This document shows, one piece after another, positions 33,111 through 43,481 of a DNA stretch of 64,000 bases (positions are counted from its first letter, which is position 1; the number at the start of each line of letters is the position of its first letter). Made by a program: the position numbers and the translations under genes. Origin of the DNA: Aquabacterium sp. Lineage in GTDB: Bacteria; Pseudomonadota; Gammaproteobacteria; Burkholderiales; Burkholderiaceae_C. The DNA lies in NCBI RefSeq assembly GCF_030652515.1, contig NZ_JAUSAR010000034.1, forward strand, positions 1,887 to 65,886, read 5' to 3'. Below the pieces are notes generated by a model that had not been told where the DNA came from, did not search any database, and saw nothing but the letters and a program-made list of their open reading frames with translations.

Positions 33111-34236
33111 GCCGCTGTCATGGCGCCGCATCTGGGCGGTGCTGCGCAAGGAGTTCGTGCAGATCAAGCGCGACCGGCTGACCCTGGCCATGCTGGTCGC
33201 CATCCCCTTGCTGCAACTGGTGATGTTCGGCTATGCCATCAATGGCGACCCCAAGCACCTGCCCACCGTGGTCGTGGCCCCCGACGCCAGCCCCATGGTG
33301 CGCAGCATCATCCGGGCCGTTGAGAACACCGGGTACTTCGACGTCGAGGCCATCGTCACCGAGCAGGAGGCCGAGCGCTGGCTGGCCGAAGGCGATGCCC
33401 AATTCGCGCTCGTCTTTCCCTCTGACTTCACCCACAAGTTGATGCGTGGTGAGCGCCCTGCCATCGCGGTCTACAGCGACGCCAGCGACCCATCGACCTC
33501 AGGCGGCGCCCTGGCCACCCTGAGCATGCTGCCCAACATCGCCTTGAACGCCGAACTGCGCGGACCCTTGAGCCGACTGCAGGCGGGCCCTGCCCCCTTT
33601 GAGTTGCGCATCCACCGCCGCTACAACGCCGAAGGCATCACCCAGTACAACATCGTGCCCGGCCTGATGGGCATCATCCTCGTGATGACTTTGGTGATGA
33701 TGACCGCCATGGCCATGACCCGCGAGCGCGAACGCGGCACTTTGGAAAACCTGCTGGCCACACCGGTCAAACCGCTGGAGGTGATGATCGGCAAGATCAT
33801 GCCCTACGTGCTGATCGGCTACCTGCAGGTGCTGATGGTCTACATCGCCTCGCGCTGGCTGTTCGCCATTCCCATGTTCGGCAACCACCTGCTGCTCACG
33901 CTGACCGTGCTGGTGTTCATCATCGCCACGCTGGTGGTGGGCTTTTTGTTCTCGACCATCGCGCGCACGCAGATGCAGTCCACGCAGATGACGATCTTCT
34001 ACTTCCTGCCCAACATCCTGCTGTCCGGCTTCATGTTTCCCTTTCGGGGCATGCCGACCTGGGCGCAGTGGGTGGGCGAGGTCATGCCCATCACGCACTT
34101 CCTGCGGGTGGTGCGCGGCATCATGCTCAAGGGCTCCACCTTGATGGAGATTTGGCCGCAGCTGTGGCCCATGGCGCTGTTCACCTTGGTGGTTGGCGCC
34201 ATTGCCATGCTGCGTTACCGGCAGACGCTGGACTGA
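33088..34236 (+). CDS. ABC-2 type permease
   Basis: RERERGTLENLLATP, LLSGFMFP; ABC-2 TM layout. Confidence 0.93.
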   Translation: MHKTITDKPLSWRRIWAVLRKEFVQIKRDRLTLAMLVAIPLLQLVMFGYAINGDPKHLPTVVVAPDASPMVRSIIRAVENTGYFDVEAIVTEQEAERWLAEGDAQFALVFPSDFTHKLMRGERPAIAVYSDASDPSTSGGALATLSMLPNIALNAELRGPLSRLQAGPAPFELRIHRRYNAEGITQYNIVPGLMGIILVMTLVMMTAMAMTRERERGTLENLLATPVKPLEVMIGKIMPYVLIGYLQVLMVYIASRWLFAIPMFGNHLLLTLTVLVFIIATLVVGFLFSTIARTQMQSTQMTIFYFLPNILLSGFMFPFRGMPTWAQWVGEVMPITHFLRVVRGIMLKGSTLMEIWPQLWPMALFTLVVGAIAMLRYRQTLD

Positions 34237-34251
34237 ATCAAATCGTGTCGA

Positions 34252-34734
34252 TCAGCGAGCGGGCCGCTGAACCGGTGGCGCACGCATCACGCGGACCTTG
34301 CCACCCGTGGTCACCAGCAGCACCGCATCGCCTGGGTTGAAGGTCTCGTTGCCCTTGGCCTGGATGATGGAGCGGCGCTGGCCATTGCTCATCTGCAGCA
34401 GGATCTCATTGGCGTCTTCGCGGGTGCCGTAGCGTTCAGCGGCATTGCCAACCACACCGCCCACCACCGCGCCAATCACCCCCACGATGACCTGTTCGCG
34501 GGAGCCCCCGACGGCCGAACCGCCCACGCCACCGATCACGGCACCCGTGGCCGCACCGGCTCCGCTTTGCGAGCCTTCAACCACCACGGGCCGCACATTC
34601 AGCACCACGGCATCTTCAACTTGCGACAGGCGCTGCGCGTCACCCGGCTTGACCACGTCGGGGCTGGTGGTGGAACAGGCGGCCAGCACGGCCAACATCA
34701 AGCCGGTACTGGCGGCGATCACAAAGCGTTTCAT
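34252..34734 (-). CDS. Glycine-zipper outer-membrane lipoprotein (SlyB-like)
   Basis: LAAC lipobox, GA..GAVIGGVGG glycine zipper. Confidence 0.85.
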   Translation of the reverse strand: MKRFVIAASTGLMLAVLAACSTTSPDVVKPGDAQRLSQVEDAVVLNVRPVVVEGSQSGAGAATGAVIGGVGGSAVGGSREQVIVGVIGAVVGGVVGNAAERYGTREDANEILLQMSNGQRRSIIQAKGNETFNPGDAVLLVTTGGKVRVMRAPPVQRPAR

Positions 34735-34816
34735 GGGAATGGTCCTCAGCGACTGTTGAGTCACTTTAACGCATCCCCCTCACCCCTGGCTGACACCGGG
34801 TCACCCCGGCGTCGCC

Positions 34817-36415
34817 TCAGTCTTCGATGCCCAATTCCTGAATCTTGCGCGTGATGGTATTGCGGCCAATGCCGAGTTTTTGCGCGGCCTCGATGCGCCG
34901 TCCGCGCGTGATCTCCAGCGCGGTGTGGATCAACTGCGCCTCGAACTGTCGGGTCAGCACATCCCAGACATCCGTGGCCCCCGACTCCAGCCTGACACGC
35001 GCCTCGCGCTCCAGGTCGGACAGCCAACTGGCGGGTGCCGCCGCGGGCGTGCTGGGGGCCAAGGTGCCGGGGAACGAGCCGGTCGGCACATAGGACGCCT
35101 CGACGCCCCCGACCATGTGGCCACCGGACACCGCCGCAGGGTCTGTGATGGCCACCGTGGCGGCATGGCTGTCCGGCAAACCCACCGGTGCGACGGGCTC
35201 AGGCGGCGGATAAGCCTGCATGGGCGCCGACAGGCTGTTGGGCGCAGAAGGTGCCATAGGCTGCACGCCCATCAACTCAGGCGGCAAGTCTTTGGACTCG
35301 ATCACTTGCGAGGGCGCCATCACCGTCAGCCAATGACAGATGTTCTCCAGCTGGCGGACATTGCCAGGGAAATCAAAAGCCGTGAGCCTGGCCAGGGCTG
35401 GCTCGGAGATGCGCTTGGCATCCACGCCCAGATCCTTGCCGCTTTTCTGCAGGAAGAAGCGCGCCAAGGCGGCCACGTCTTCACGGCGTTCGCGCAAGGG
35501 CGGCAGACGCAGGCGGATCACGTTCAGGCGGTGGAACAAGTCCTCGCGGAACACGCCCTGGCGCACGCGGTCTTCCAGGTTCTGGTGGGTGGCCGCGATC
35601 ACGCGCACATTGCTCTTGAGCGGGTGGTGGCCGCCCACGCGGTAGAACTGGCCATCGCTCAGCACACGCAGCAAACGCGTCTGCAGGTCAAACGGCATGT
35701 CGCCGATTTCATCGAGGAACAAAGTGCCGCCATCGGCCTGCTCAAAACGCCCACGCCGCATGGTCTGCGCACCGGTGAAAGCGCCGCGCTCGTGGCCGAA
35801 CAATTCTGATTCCAGCAGATCCTTGGGGATGGCCGCCGTGTTGATGGCCACAAAAGGCCCGCTGCTGCGCGAACTGTGCTTGTGCAGCGCCTGCGCCACC
35901 AATTCTTTACCAGAGCCTGATTCGCCCGTGATCAGCACGGTGACGTTGCTCTGGCTGAGGCGGCCAATGGCGCGGAACACGTCCTGCATCGCCGGGGCCT
36001 GGCCCAGCATCTCGGGCATTTGCTGCAAGCGCTCGTCAGAGACGTCCTCGCGCACGCTCTCGTCCACCGCGCGGCGGATCAGCTCCACCGCCTTGGGCAG
36101 GTCAAAGGGCTTGGGCAGGTATTCAAACGCGCCGCCCTGGAAGGCCGACACGGCGCTGTCCAGATCGGAATACGCCGTCATGATGATGACGGGCAGGCCC
36201 GGGAAGCGCGCCTTGACCTTGCTCAGCAGGTCGATGCCCGAACCACCCGGCATGCGGATGTCCGACACCAGCACCTGGGGCTCATCGTCTTCAAGGGCAG
36301 CCAGCACGTCACGCGGATTGGTGAAGCTGCGCACCGGGAGGTCTTCGCGCGCCAACGCTTTTTCAAGCACAAAGCGGATGGATTGGTCGTCGTCAACGAT
36401 CCAGATAGGTTTCAT
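34817..36415 (-). CDS. ntrC: Nitrogen regulation protein NR(I)
   Basis: Receiver domain, GESGSGKE, GAFTGA, C-terminal LGIGRNTITRKI HTH. Confidence 0.97.
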   Translation of the reverse strand: MKPIWIVDDDQSIRFVLEKALAREDLPVRSFTNPRDVLAALEDDEPQVLVSDIRMPGGSGIDLLSKVKARFPGLPVIIMTAYSDLDSAVSAFQGGAFEYLPKPFDLPKAVELIRRAVDESVREDVSDERLQQMPEMLGQAPAMQDVFRAIGRLSQSNVTVLITGESGSGKELVAQALHKHSSRSSGPFVAINTAAIPKDLLESELFGHERGAFTGAQTMRRGRFEQADGGTLFLDEIGDMPFDLQTRLLRVLSDGQFYRVGGHHPLKSNVRVIAATHQNLEDRVRQGVFREDLFHRLNVIRLRLPPLRERREDVAALARFFLQKSGKDLGVDAKRISEPALARLTAFDFPGNVRQLENICHWLTVMAPSQVIESKDLPPELMGVQPMAPSAPNSLSAPMQAYPPPEPVAPVGLPDSHAATVAITDPAAVSGGHMVGGVEASYVPTGSFPGTLAPSTPAAAPASWLSDLEREARVRLESGATDVWDVLTRQFEAQLIHTALEITRGRRIEAAQKLGIGRNTITRKIQELGIED

Positions 36416-36468
36416 GCCGGCCTGTCAGTGTGTGCACCCGATGGTCGAATGCTGACAGGGCAGCCCGG

Positions 36469-37635
36469 TCACGGCAAGGGAATCAATAATTTGAAAACCG
36501 TGCGTCCTGGCTCGCTCTCGCATTCGATGGTGCCTTGGTGCTGTTGAACGAAGGTTTGTGCCAATGTCAGACCCAGTCCCGAACCACCGTCTCGCCCAGA
36601 CACCAATGGGTAGAAGATGCGATCGCGGATGGACTCGGGGATGCCCGGGCCGTTGTCCTCAATATGCAAGACCAGTGCCAGGCGGTGCAATTGCCGGTTG
36701 ATGGTGACGCGGCGAGCCACCCGCGTGCGCAAAGTCAGCATGGCGTCGCCGGTCTGAATTCGGTCCGACAAGGCCTGGGCGGCATTGTGGGCAATGTTCA
36801 ACACGGCCTGGATCAGTTGCTCGCGGTCGCCCCGGAACTCGGGCAAGGACGTGTCGTAGTCGCGCCAGACCTTCAGCCCCTTGGGAAACTCGGCCAGGAT
36901 CAGGGAGCGAACACGCTCGCACACCTCGTGCACATTCACATCGCCCACCAGGTGCGGCCTGCGGTGCGGCGCCAGCAAACGATCCACGAGTGCCTGCAGG
37001 CGATCCGCCTCGTGGATGATGACCTGGGTGTATTCGGTCAGCGATTTGGATTCCAGCTCCATCTGCAGCAATTGCGCCGAGCCACGGATGCCGCCCAGCG
37101 GATTCTTGATCTCATGCGCCAGGTTGCGGATCAGCTCCTTGTTGGCCTGGGCCTGGTCCAGCGCACGCTCTTCCCGCTCCTGGCGGGTTTGCTGCTCGAC
37201 CTCGACCAGCTCGATCAAGACCAGGTCGGCATGCTCCAAGCGGGTCACGATCACCTGAACCGGCAGGGAATCCACAAAAACGTGGGGATGTCGCTTGAGC
37301 TGGGCCTCGATGCGGCTGGTGGCGTATTCGTTGCGCGCCACGGCGCCCACGATGTCTTGCAGCAGCATCGGGTCTTCGAACCAGTCGAAGATGGATTCGC
37401 GCAGCACACTGCGGCGCGACAGGCCCAGCACTTCTTCAAACGCGGCATTGGCGAACAGGCATTGCCCGTCGGGCTCGACCACAGCCACCATCGTGGCCAG
37501 GTAGTCGAACACGTCCAGATTGCTGGGCAGCAGCTTTTGAACTTCGCCTGGGTCCACGGTGGAACCGCCCCGGGCCATGCTGGCCTGGCGCCCCGAGTGA
37601 GCACCCGCCCGGCCAGATGATGCAACCTGACTCAC
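36469..37635 (-). CDS. ntrB: Nitrogen regulation histidine kinase NR(II)
   Basis: PAS domain, LAHEIKNPLGGIRG H-box, DNGPG, GSGLGL; start uncertain. Confidence 0.95.
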   Translation of the reverse strand: MSQVASSGRAGAHSGRQASMARGGSTVDPGEVQKLLPSNLDVFDYLATMVAVVEPDGQCLFANAAFEEVLGLSRRSVLRESIFDWFEDPMLLQDIVGAVARNEYATSRIEAQLKRHPHVFVDSLPVQVIVTRLEHADLVLIELVEVEQQTRQEREERALDQAQANKELIRNLAHEIKNPLGGIRGSAQLLQMELESKSLTEYTQVIIHEADRLQALVDRLLAPHRRPHLVGDVNVHEVCERVRSLILAEFPKGLKVWRDYDTSLPEFRGDREQLIQAVLNIAHNAAQALSDRIQTGDAMLTLRTRVARRVTINRQLHRLALVLHIEDNGPGIPESIRDRIFYPLVSGRDGGSGLGLTLAQTFVQQHQGTIECESEPGRTVFKLLIPLP

Positions 37636-38165
37636 TTGCCGCTGCCTGCCGCCGTCAACTCGCGCCTCAGGGCGGCAACGTCAGCTTCTTTGCGGGTCAC
37701 GGCGGCCTTCATCTCATTGACGCGGTCCTGGTATTTCTGGAAATTGCGCTCGTCGCCCTGGCGCTCAGGCTGGCCGTTGTTGTATTGCTTTTGCAAAGAG
37801 GCCAACGCGGCCTCTTCTTTCTGGAGTTCGGCTTCCAGGATGCGGCGCTTGTCGGCGTCGCGGGCCTTCTGGTCATCGGCAGCCACTTTTTCACCACCTG
37901 ATGATGGCGTGGCGGTAGAGCCTTTGGGCCTGATCGACTGGATGACGGTGATGGGCGCGCCTTCCAGCGTCTTGCACCCTTTGGCGATGGCCTCTTTGGC
38001 CGACAAGGCATCGGTGTAGAGGTTGCCCGGACAACGGTAAACCGGCTTGTCATCCGCCTGCGCCTGGGCGCCGCTCGTCAGCAGCAGTGCCGCCAAAGCC
38101 AGCCCATGAGCCGCATGGGCCCACCAAAAATCCTTGGTCGTCAAAGTGTTCTTCCTGTCGTGCAT
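37632..38165 (-). CDS. Small exported coiled-coil protein (DUF4124-like) between glnA and ntrB
   Basis: Signal peptide, VYRC motif, C-terminal coiled coil (ERQGDERNFQKY). Confidence 0.7.
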   Translation of the reverse strand: MHDRKNTLTTKDFWWAHAAHGLALAALLLTSGAQAQADDKPVYRCPGNLYTDALSAKEAIAKGCKTLEGAPITVIQSIRPKGSTATPSSGGEKVAADDQKARDADKRRILEAELQKEEAALASLQKQYNNGQPERQGDERNFQKYQDRVNEMKAAVTRKEADVAALRRELTAAGSGK

Positions 38166-38234
38166 GTTGGGGCGCTCCAGCGTGATTCGGGCCAAGTATG
38201 CCTTCAGCCCAGCACCCTTAACGCCTGAAAAGCA

Positions 38235-38262
38235 AAAAGGGGCGACCGGAGTCGCCCCTTTT
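38235..38262 (-). terminator. Intrinsic terminator after glnA
   Basis: AAAAGGGGCGAC-CGGA-GTCGCCCCTTTT. Confidence 0.85.
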
Positions 38263-38292
38263 ACACACGCCATGGCGTGATCCCGGGAGGAA

Positions 38293-39711
38293 TCACAGGC
38301 TGTAGTACATGTCGAACTCGACCGGGTGAGTGGCCATGCGGAAGCGGGTGACTTCCTGCATCTTCAGCTCGATGTAAGCGTCGATGTAGGCATCGGTGAA
38401 CACGCCACCCTTGGTCAGGAACGCGCGGTCCTTGTCCAGGTATTCCAGAGCCTGATCCAGGCTGTGGCACACGGTGGGGATCAGTGCGTCTTCTTCGGGC
38501 GGCAGGTGGTACAGGTCCTTCGTGGCGGCTTCGCCAGGATGGATCTTGTTTTCCACGCCGTCCAGACCCGCCATCAGCAGGGCCGAGAAGCCCAGGTAGG
38601 GGTTCATCAGTGGATCGGGGAAGCGGGCTTCCACGCGACGGCCCTTGGGGTTCGCCACGTGAGGAATCCGGATCGAGGCCGAGCGATTCTTGGCCGAGTA
38701 GGCCAGCTTCACCGGGGCTTCGAAGCCAGGCACCAGACGCTTGTACGAGTTCGTACCAGGGTTGGTGATGGCGTTCAGGGCACGGGCGTGCTTGATGATG
38801 CCGCCGATGTAGAACAGCGCGTATTCGCTCAGGCCAGCGTAGCCGTCGCCTGCGAACAGGTTCTTGCCATCTTTCCAGACCGATTGGTGAACGTGCATGC
38901 CGGAGCCGTTGTCGCCAACGATGGGCTTGGGCATGAAAGTCGCGGTCTTGCCATAGGCGTGAGCGACGTTCTGGATCACGTACTTTTGCAGCTGGACCCA
39001 GTCGGCGCGCTGAATCAGCGTGCTGAACTTGGTGCCGATTTCCATCTGACCGGCGTTGGCCACTTCGTGGTGATGCACTTCGACGGGAATGCCCAGCGAT
39101 TCGAGGATCAGGCACATTTCCGAGCGCATGTCCTGGAAGCTGTCGACGGGAGGCACGGGGAAGTAGCCACCCTTGACAGCAGGACGGTGACCCGTGTTGC
39201 CGTGCTCGTATTCCTTGCCGGTGTTCCACGAAGCTTCTTCGGAGTCAATCTTCGAGAAGCAGCCGGACATGTCGTTGCCCCAGCGGACGCTGTCGAACAC
39301 GAAGAATTCGGGTTCGGGGCCGAAGTAAGCGGTGTCGCCCAGGCCGGAGGCCTTCATGTAGGCTTCAGCGCGCTTGGCCAGCGAGCGAGGATCGCGCTCG
39401 TAAGGCTTGCCGTCGGCAGGCTCGACCACGTCGCAAGACAGGATCAGGGTGGGCTCTTCGAAGAACGGGTCGATGTTGGCCGTGTTGGGGTCAGGCATCA
39501 ACTGCATGTCAGAGGCTTCAATGCCCTTCCATCCAGCGATCGAGGAGCCGTCGAAGGCGTGGCCCGAGGTGAATTTGTCTTCGTCGAAGTGCGACACGGG
39601 CACGGTGACGTGCTGTTCTTTGCCGCGGGTGTCAGTGAAACGGAAATCAACGAATTTGACTTCGTTGTCTTTCACCAACTTCATCACGTCGGCGACGGTC
39701 TTATTGGCCAT
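38293..39711 (-). CDS. glnA: Glutamine synthetase type I
   Basis: [33 protein letters not shown] adenylylation site. Confidence 0.99.
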   Translation of the reverse strand: MANKTVADVMKLVKDNEVKFVDFRFTDTRGKEQHVTVPVSHFDEDKFTSGHAFDGSSIAGWKGIEASDMQLMPDPNTANIDPFFEEPTLILSCDVVEPADGKPYERDPRSLAKRAEAYMKASGLGDTAYFGPEPEFFVFDSVRWGNDMSGCFSKIDSEEASWNTGKEYEHGNTGHRPAVKGGYFPVPPVDSFQDMRSEMCLILESLGIPVEVHHHEVANAGQMEIGTKFSTLIQRADWVQLQKYVIQNVAHAYGKTATFMPKPIVGDNGSGMHVHQSVWKDGKNLFAGDGYAGLSEYALFYIGGIIKHARALNAITNPGTNSYKRLVPGFEAPVKLAYSAKNRSASIRIPHVANPKGRRVEARFPDPLMNPYLGFSALLMAGLDGVENKIHPGEAATKDLYHLPPEEDALIPTVCHSLDQALEYLDKDRAFLTKGGVFTDAYIDAYIELKMQEVTRFRMATHPVEFDMYYSL

Positions 39712-39795
39712 CAGAAGCTCCTAGCCAGAGGCTTAAGTTAAAGCGAGGTAATCGAATGAGGTTGTTTCCAGATCAGAAACAGCGCGCAGTGTAAT

Positions 39796-39811
39796 AGCAG
39801 AAAGCGTGCCG
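39796..39811 (-). promoter_or_regulatory. Sigma54 -24/-12 promoter of glnA
   Basis: Minus strand CGGCACGCTTTCTGCT (GG-N10-GC). Confidence 0.85.
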
Positions 39812-39860
39812 TCGTCCGGACGCCTACCTTAGGGAATTCGGTGATCCGCCAACGGTGCAA

Positions 39861-40033
39861 TGCCCCAAGTTCAGTGCTTGATGCACCCCAACGCATCACA
39901 CGACGGGGAAAGTCGGCCAAAAAGGAGGCTGAGCCCAAGCCAGGAAACCATTAATTAGCACCAATACAGTGCATTAATGAATCATAAATCTTAACGCACC
40001 ATTGTTGGGCCAACTGATGCACCAATTTGAGAC
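39861..40033. promoter_or_regulatory. Cluster of NtrC-like binding sites
   Basis: GCACCAATACAGTGCA (39958-39973), GCACCATTGTTGGGC (39996-40010), weaker copies at 39861 and 40018; resemble TGCACC-N5-GGTGCA. Confidence 0.75.
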
Positions 40034-40785
40034 AAACCCGTTTGCATCCATGCGAAGGCTTGTTCGGCAGCCGGCGCCAGGCCTTTGACGCCCAATTCAA
40101 TGTGGCGGCCATGCACCGGGTGGTCCACGCTGGGCAGGCTGAACACGCGGACGCCCGGAAAGCGTTGCTCCAGCTCCACCATCATCGGCGTCAGCACCGA
40201 CTCGGCCATGGCATAGACGATCACCGAATGCTCGACCTGACGCGCCCGCCCGTGCAGATCGGCATGCAGTTCGTCCAGTGCCCAAGCCATCATGGGCCAA
40301 GCCATGACGGGAAAGCCCGGCAGGAAATGCACGCGCCGCTCGATCGAAAAACCCGGGATCTGGTTGTAGGGGTTGGGGACGATGGTGGCGCCCTCGGGAA
40401 AGCGGCCCATGTCCAGGCGGCGCAGGGTGTCGGGGTGGTCGGGCAAGAAGGGCACACCCTCCTTGTCGGCCATCACTTTGACGCGCGCCAGGATCAGCTC
40501 GCGCGCCTCGGGGTGGAGCACCAGTGGGCGGCCCCAAGCGGCCGCGGCGCAGGCCCGGGTGTGGTCATCGGGCGTGGCGCCAATGCCGCCGAACGAGAAC
40601 ACCACATCGCCGCCCGCCAAGGCGGCACGCAGCTCGGCGGTGATCTGCTCGGGTTCGTCGCCCACATAGCGGGCCCACGACAAGCGCAGGCCACGCTCAT
40701 TGAGCAATTCGATGGCCTTGACCAGGTGCTTGTCTTCGCGACGTCCGCTGAGGATCTCGTCGCCAATGATGATGATGCCGATCAT
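39991..40785 (-). CDS. CinA-like molybdopterin-binding domain protein
   Basis: IIIGDEILSG, GGIGATPDDHT, LPGFP; no PncC domain. Confidence 0.88.
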   Translation of the reverse strand: MIGIIIIGDEILSGRREDKHLVKAIELLNERGLRLSWARYVGDEPEQITAELRAALAGGDVVFSFGGIGATPDDHTRACAAAAWGRPLVLHPEARELILARVKVMADKEGVPFLPDHPDTLRRLDMGRFPEGATIVPNPYNQIPGFSIERRVHFLPGFPVMAWPMMAWALDELHADLHGRARQVEHSVIVYAMAESVLTPMMVELEQRFPGVRVFSLPSVDHPVHGRHIELGVKGLAPAAEQAFAWMQTGLSQIGASVGPTMVR

Positions 40786-41615
40786 GCGAGATCCAGGGTG
40801 ACGAGTTGAGGTGTGGGGTCGGCCGCGCGCATGTCACGCAGGGCGGCCAGCAGGTAGTGGCTGAACCACAGTGACGAGAAGGCGAACACCAGCGTGTAGA
40901 CCCAGACCGAAACCACGATAAGCAAGGGCGCCACCACGACCGAGATGGCGCCAAGCACCGCCCACAGGGCCGTGGGCGCAGCACCCAGGTAACCCGAGAT
41001 CACCCCCATGATCAGCAAAGGCATGCGGTGGTCTTGCAGCAAGGTGACGCGCTCTTGAACCGTGGCATGCCCTGCCAGCGCGTCATAGGCCATGACGCGG
41101 TAGGTCAGCCAACCCCAGATGAGCGGCGGCAGGACCAGGCCAAACGGCGGGATCAGCCACAGGGGCAAGCTGACCACCATCACCAGCACGGCGAGCAGGG
41201 TGGCACCCAGCGACCAGGACAGCGAGGTCCACCAGGGCGCCTCGTGCCGCACTTCCAGGCCCGCGAAACGGCGCTGAACCACCAGGCGGACCAGCGCAGG
41301 CATCATCAAGGTGGCCACCAGCAGCAGTGACAGCACCACCAGCAGCGGCACGGCCAGCACCACCACAATCAAGGGCGCGATGAATGCGCGCAAGCCCGAA
41401 GCCCCCACGGTGTCCAGCCAACTCAGCAAGGTCTGACTGATGGCCCAGCTGTCCAGGCCCTGGCGCACCCCGGCCACCGCGCCTTCCCAGTAAAAGTGAG
41501 CCAGCCCCACCGACAGCACCGCCGCCACCAACAATGGCAGCAGGGACAGCCAGATCACGCGGGGATGCAGGCAGTAGGCCGCCGCGCGCCAGAAAGCATC
41601 AATCGTCTTTTGCAT
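40782..41615 (-). CDS. EI24/CysZ-like membrane protein
   Basis: Multi-TM protein, WGWLTYRVMAYDAL motif; stop overlaps the next start. Confidence 0.75.
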   Translation of the reverse strand: MQKTIDAFWRAAAYCLHPRVIWLSLLPLLVAAVLSVGLAHFYWEGAVAGVRQGLDSWAISQTLLSWLDTVGASGLRAFIAPLIVVVLAVPLLVVLSLLLVATLMMPALVRLVVQRRFAGLEVRHEAPWWTSLSWSLGATLLAVLVMVVSLPLWLIPPFGLVLPPLIWGWLTYRVMAYDALAGHATVQERVTLLQDHRMPLLIMGVISGYLGAAPTALWAVLGAISVVVAPLLIVVSVWVYTLVFAFSSLWFSHYLLAALRDMRAADPTPQLVTLDLA

Positions 41616-41640
41616 GACGACAGGATACCCAAGGTCGGGT

Positions 41641-42645
41641 TCAGCTGCCTTGGAAGAGTCTTTTCAAACCCAGCCACTGCTGGGCCCAAAAGCCACGACC
41701 ATAGTCTTTGCTGCCAAATTCTGGCAGTTGATCGCGCACGCCGGTGGGCTCCAGGGTCAGGTCATGGCGGGTGTCGATGCGGGCCGTGCCGAACAGTCTG
41801 TCCCAGACCGGGAACAGCACCGCGAAGTTGCAACCACCCAGGCTGCCCGGGGTCGGGCCCTCATGCCCTACCCCGATGCCATGATGAATGCGGTGAAAGC
41901 GCGGGCTGACGAGCAAACGCTCGCCCAACCAGCCAAAACTCAGGCGCAGGTTGGCATGGGCCAGGCTCTCCATCAATTGCGTGATGGCCACGATGGCGAT
42001 GAACTGCCCGGGCGGCACGCCAATGGCACGGGCGGTGAACGCGATGATGGTGTCCCGGAGCAGGTCATCGAGGAGGTGGTTGCGGTTGTCGCTCCACATC
42101 GTCATCTGGCGCTGGCTGTGGTGCAGCGAATGCAGAGCCCACCAGCGATTCAGGCCGTGCTGACCACGGTGGATCCAGTAGTCCACCAGGTCGAACACCA
42201 CCAGGTACAGGGCGAAGCTGGCCAGGGCCGTGTCGGTCACGCCGGGCCACCAGCCCTGCATCAGCGCATCCAGCTGAATGCCGTCGATGCCCTGCACACG
42301 GGCCGAGCCAAAGGCTTCGTCCAGCAGGGGGTCGATCGAGAAGAACATCAGCAGTCTGAACAGGCCCAGGCGGTGGATGAAGGTGTAGACCATGTCCACC
42401 CGCACCGCGATGCGGTCGCGCAAGGGCTCGACCGGGCGCCAACGCTGCAGAGGCGCCAGCAGGCAGAGCATCACCAGCAACTGGATGAGGCCAACCATCA
42501 GCCAACCGGTGGCCTCGAAGGCATCTTCCAGCAGATTGCCCATGCCCAGGCCGTAGACGATGGGCTGCACCAGCGTTTCGAACAACCATTGCTGGACGTT
42601 GCCAAAGGCGTCACTCAAGCTGGCGATGATGTCGAGATCGATCAT
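41641..42645 (-). CDS. Sterol desaturase/fatty acid hydroxylase family protein
   Basis: His boxes HRGQH, HSLHHS, HRIHH; NF...F..WDRLFGT. Confidence 0.9.
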   Translation of the reverse strand: MIDLDIIASLSDAFGNVQQWLFETLVQPIVYGLGMGNLLEDAFEATGWLMVGLIQLLVMLCLLAPLQRWRPVEPLRDRIAVRVDMVYTFIHRLGLFRLLMFFSIDPLLDEAFGSARVQGIDGIQLDALMQGWWPGVTDTALASFALYLVVFDLVDYWIHRGQHGLNRWWALHSLHHSQRQMTMWSDNRNHLLDDLLRDTIIAFTARAIGVPPGQFIAIVAITQLMESLAHANLRLSFGWLGERLLVSPRFHRIHHGIGVGHEGPTPGSLGGCNFAVLFPVWDRLFGTARIDTRHDLTLEPTGVRDQLPEFGSKDYGRGFWAQQWLGLKRLFQGS

Positions 42646-42655
42646 GGCCAATGCC

Positions 42656-43474
42656 TCAGCGTGGGGCCGTGCCCACGTGCGCGTACCCGGGGTGATCGCG
42701 CAAGGTGGCAAAGCACAGGCCCTTGGCTTTCAGGCCGATGATCAAGGGCTCCAGCACCGCAGGGGCCCAAGGATCCTGGCGGGACCAGATGCCCAGGTGC
42801 ATCAGCAGGATGTCGCCACTGCGGATGTGGCGCAAGGCGCGGTCCAGCAAGGCGCGGTTGGGGTAGCGATCGCTGGACAACTCGTCACCCAGGAAACCCG
42901 CCGCCGTCCACGGCACGTGCTGCCAGCCGCAAGCCTTGGCGGCTTTGAGCAAGGCGGGCGAGGTCTTGCCACCCGGGGCCCGAAACAAGGCTCGCATGGG
43001 CCGCCCGGTCATCGCCTCAAAACGGCGCGCGGGCTTGGCCAGCTCTTCGCAATAGTCGGCCTGGCCAAGGTGCAGCCTCTGCCCCGCTTGAGGGCCGGCC
43101 GTGGGTTGCAGCACAAAGCCTTTGGGCTCGCCGGCACGCCAGACCACATGGTTCCAGGTGTGGGAACCAAAATCATGGCCATCAGCGGCCAGGGCCTTCC
43201 ACCAAGGGGCCCACTGGTCGTCCAGCGAGGTGCCCGCAGCCTTGCCGCCCACGGCTTGCGTGCGTTCGTTAGCCAGGAAGAAGGTGGCCTTGACGTGCTG
43301 GCGTTTGAGCACATCGCCGATCAAGGGGGCCACGCCCATGTGGCCGGTGTCGATCGTGAGGTAAACAGGCTTCGGACAGGGCTCTTCAGCCAAGGCCCCC
43401 GCACTGCACCAAGCCGAAGCCAAGGCCACGATGGCGTGAAACCAGGGTTGGGGCGATGACCACAGACTCATCAT
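42656..43474 (-). CDS. Exported polysaccharide deacetylase (NodB fold)
   Basis: YLTIDTG, ATFF, HTWNH, FRAPGG, ILLMH; signal peptide. Confidence 0.88.
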   Translation of the reverse strand: MMSLWSSPQPWFHAIVALASAWCSAGALAEEPCPKPVYLTIDTGHMGVAPLIGDVLKRQHVKATFFLANERTQAVGGKAAGTSLDDQWAPWWKALAADGHDFGSHTWNHVVWRAGEPKGFVLQPTAGPQAGQRLHLGQADYCEELAKPARRFEAMTGRPMRALFRAPGGKTSPALLKAAKACGWQHVPWTAAGFLGDELSSDRYPNRALLDRALRHIRSGDILLMHLGIWSRQDPWAPAVLEPLIIGLKAKGLCFATLRDHPGYAHVGTAPR

Positions 43475-43481
43475 GCTGGCC

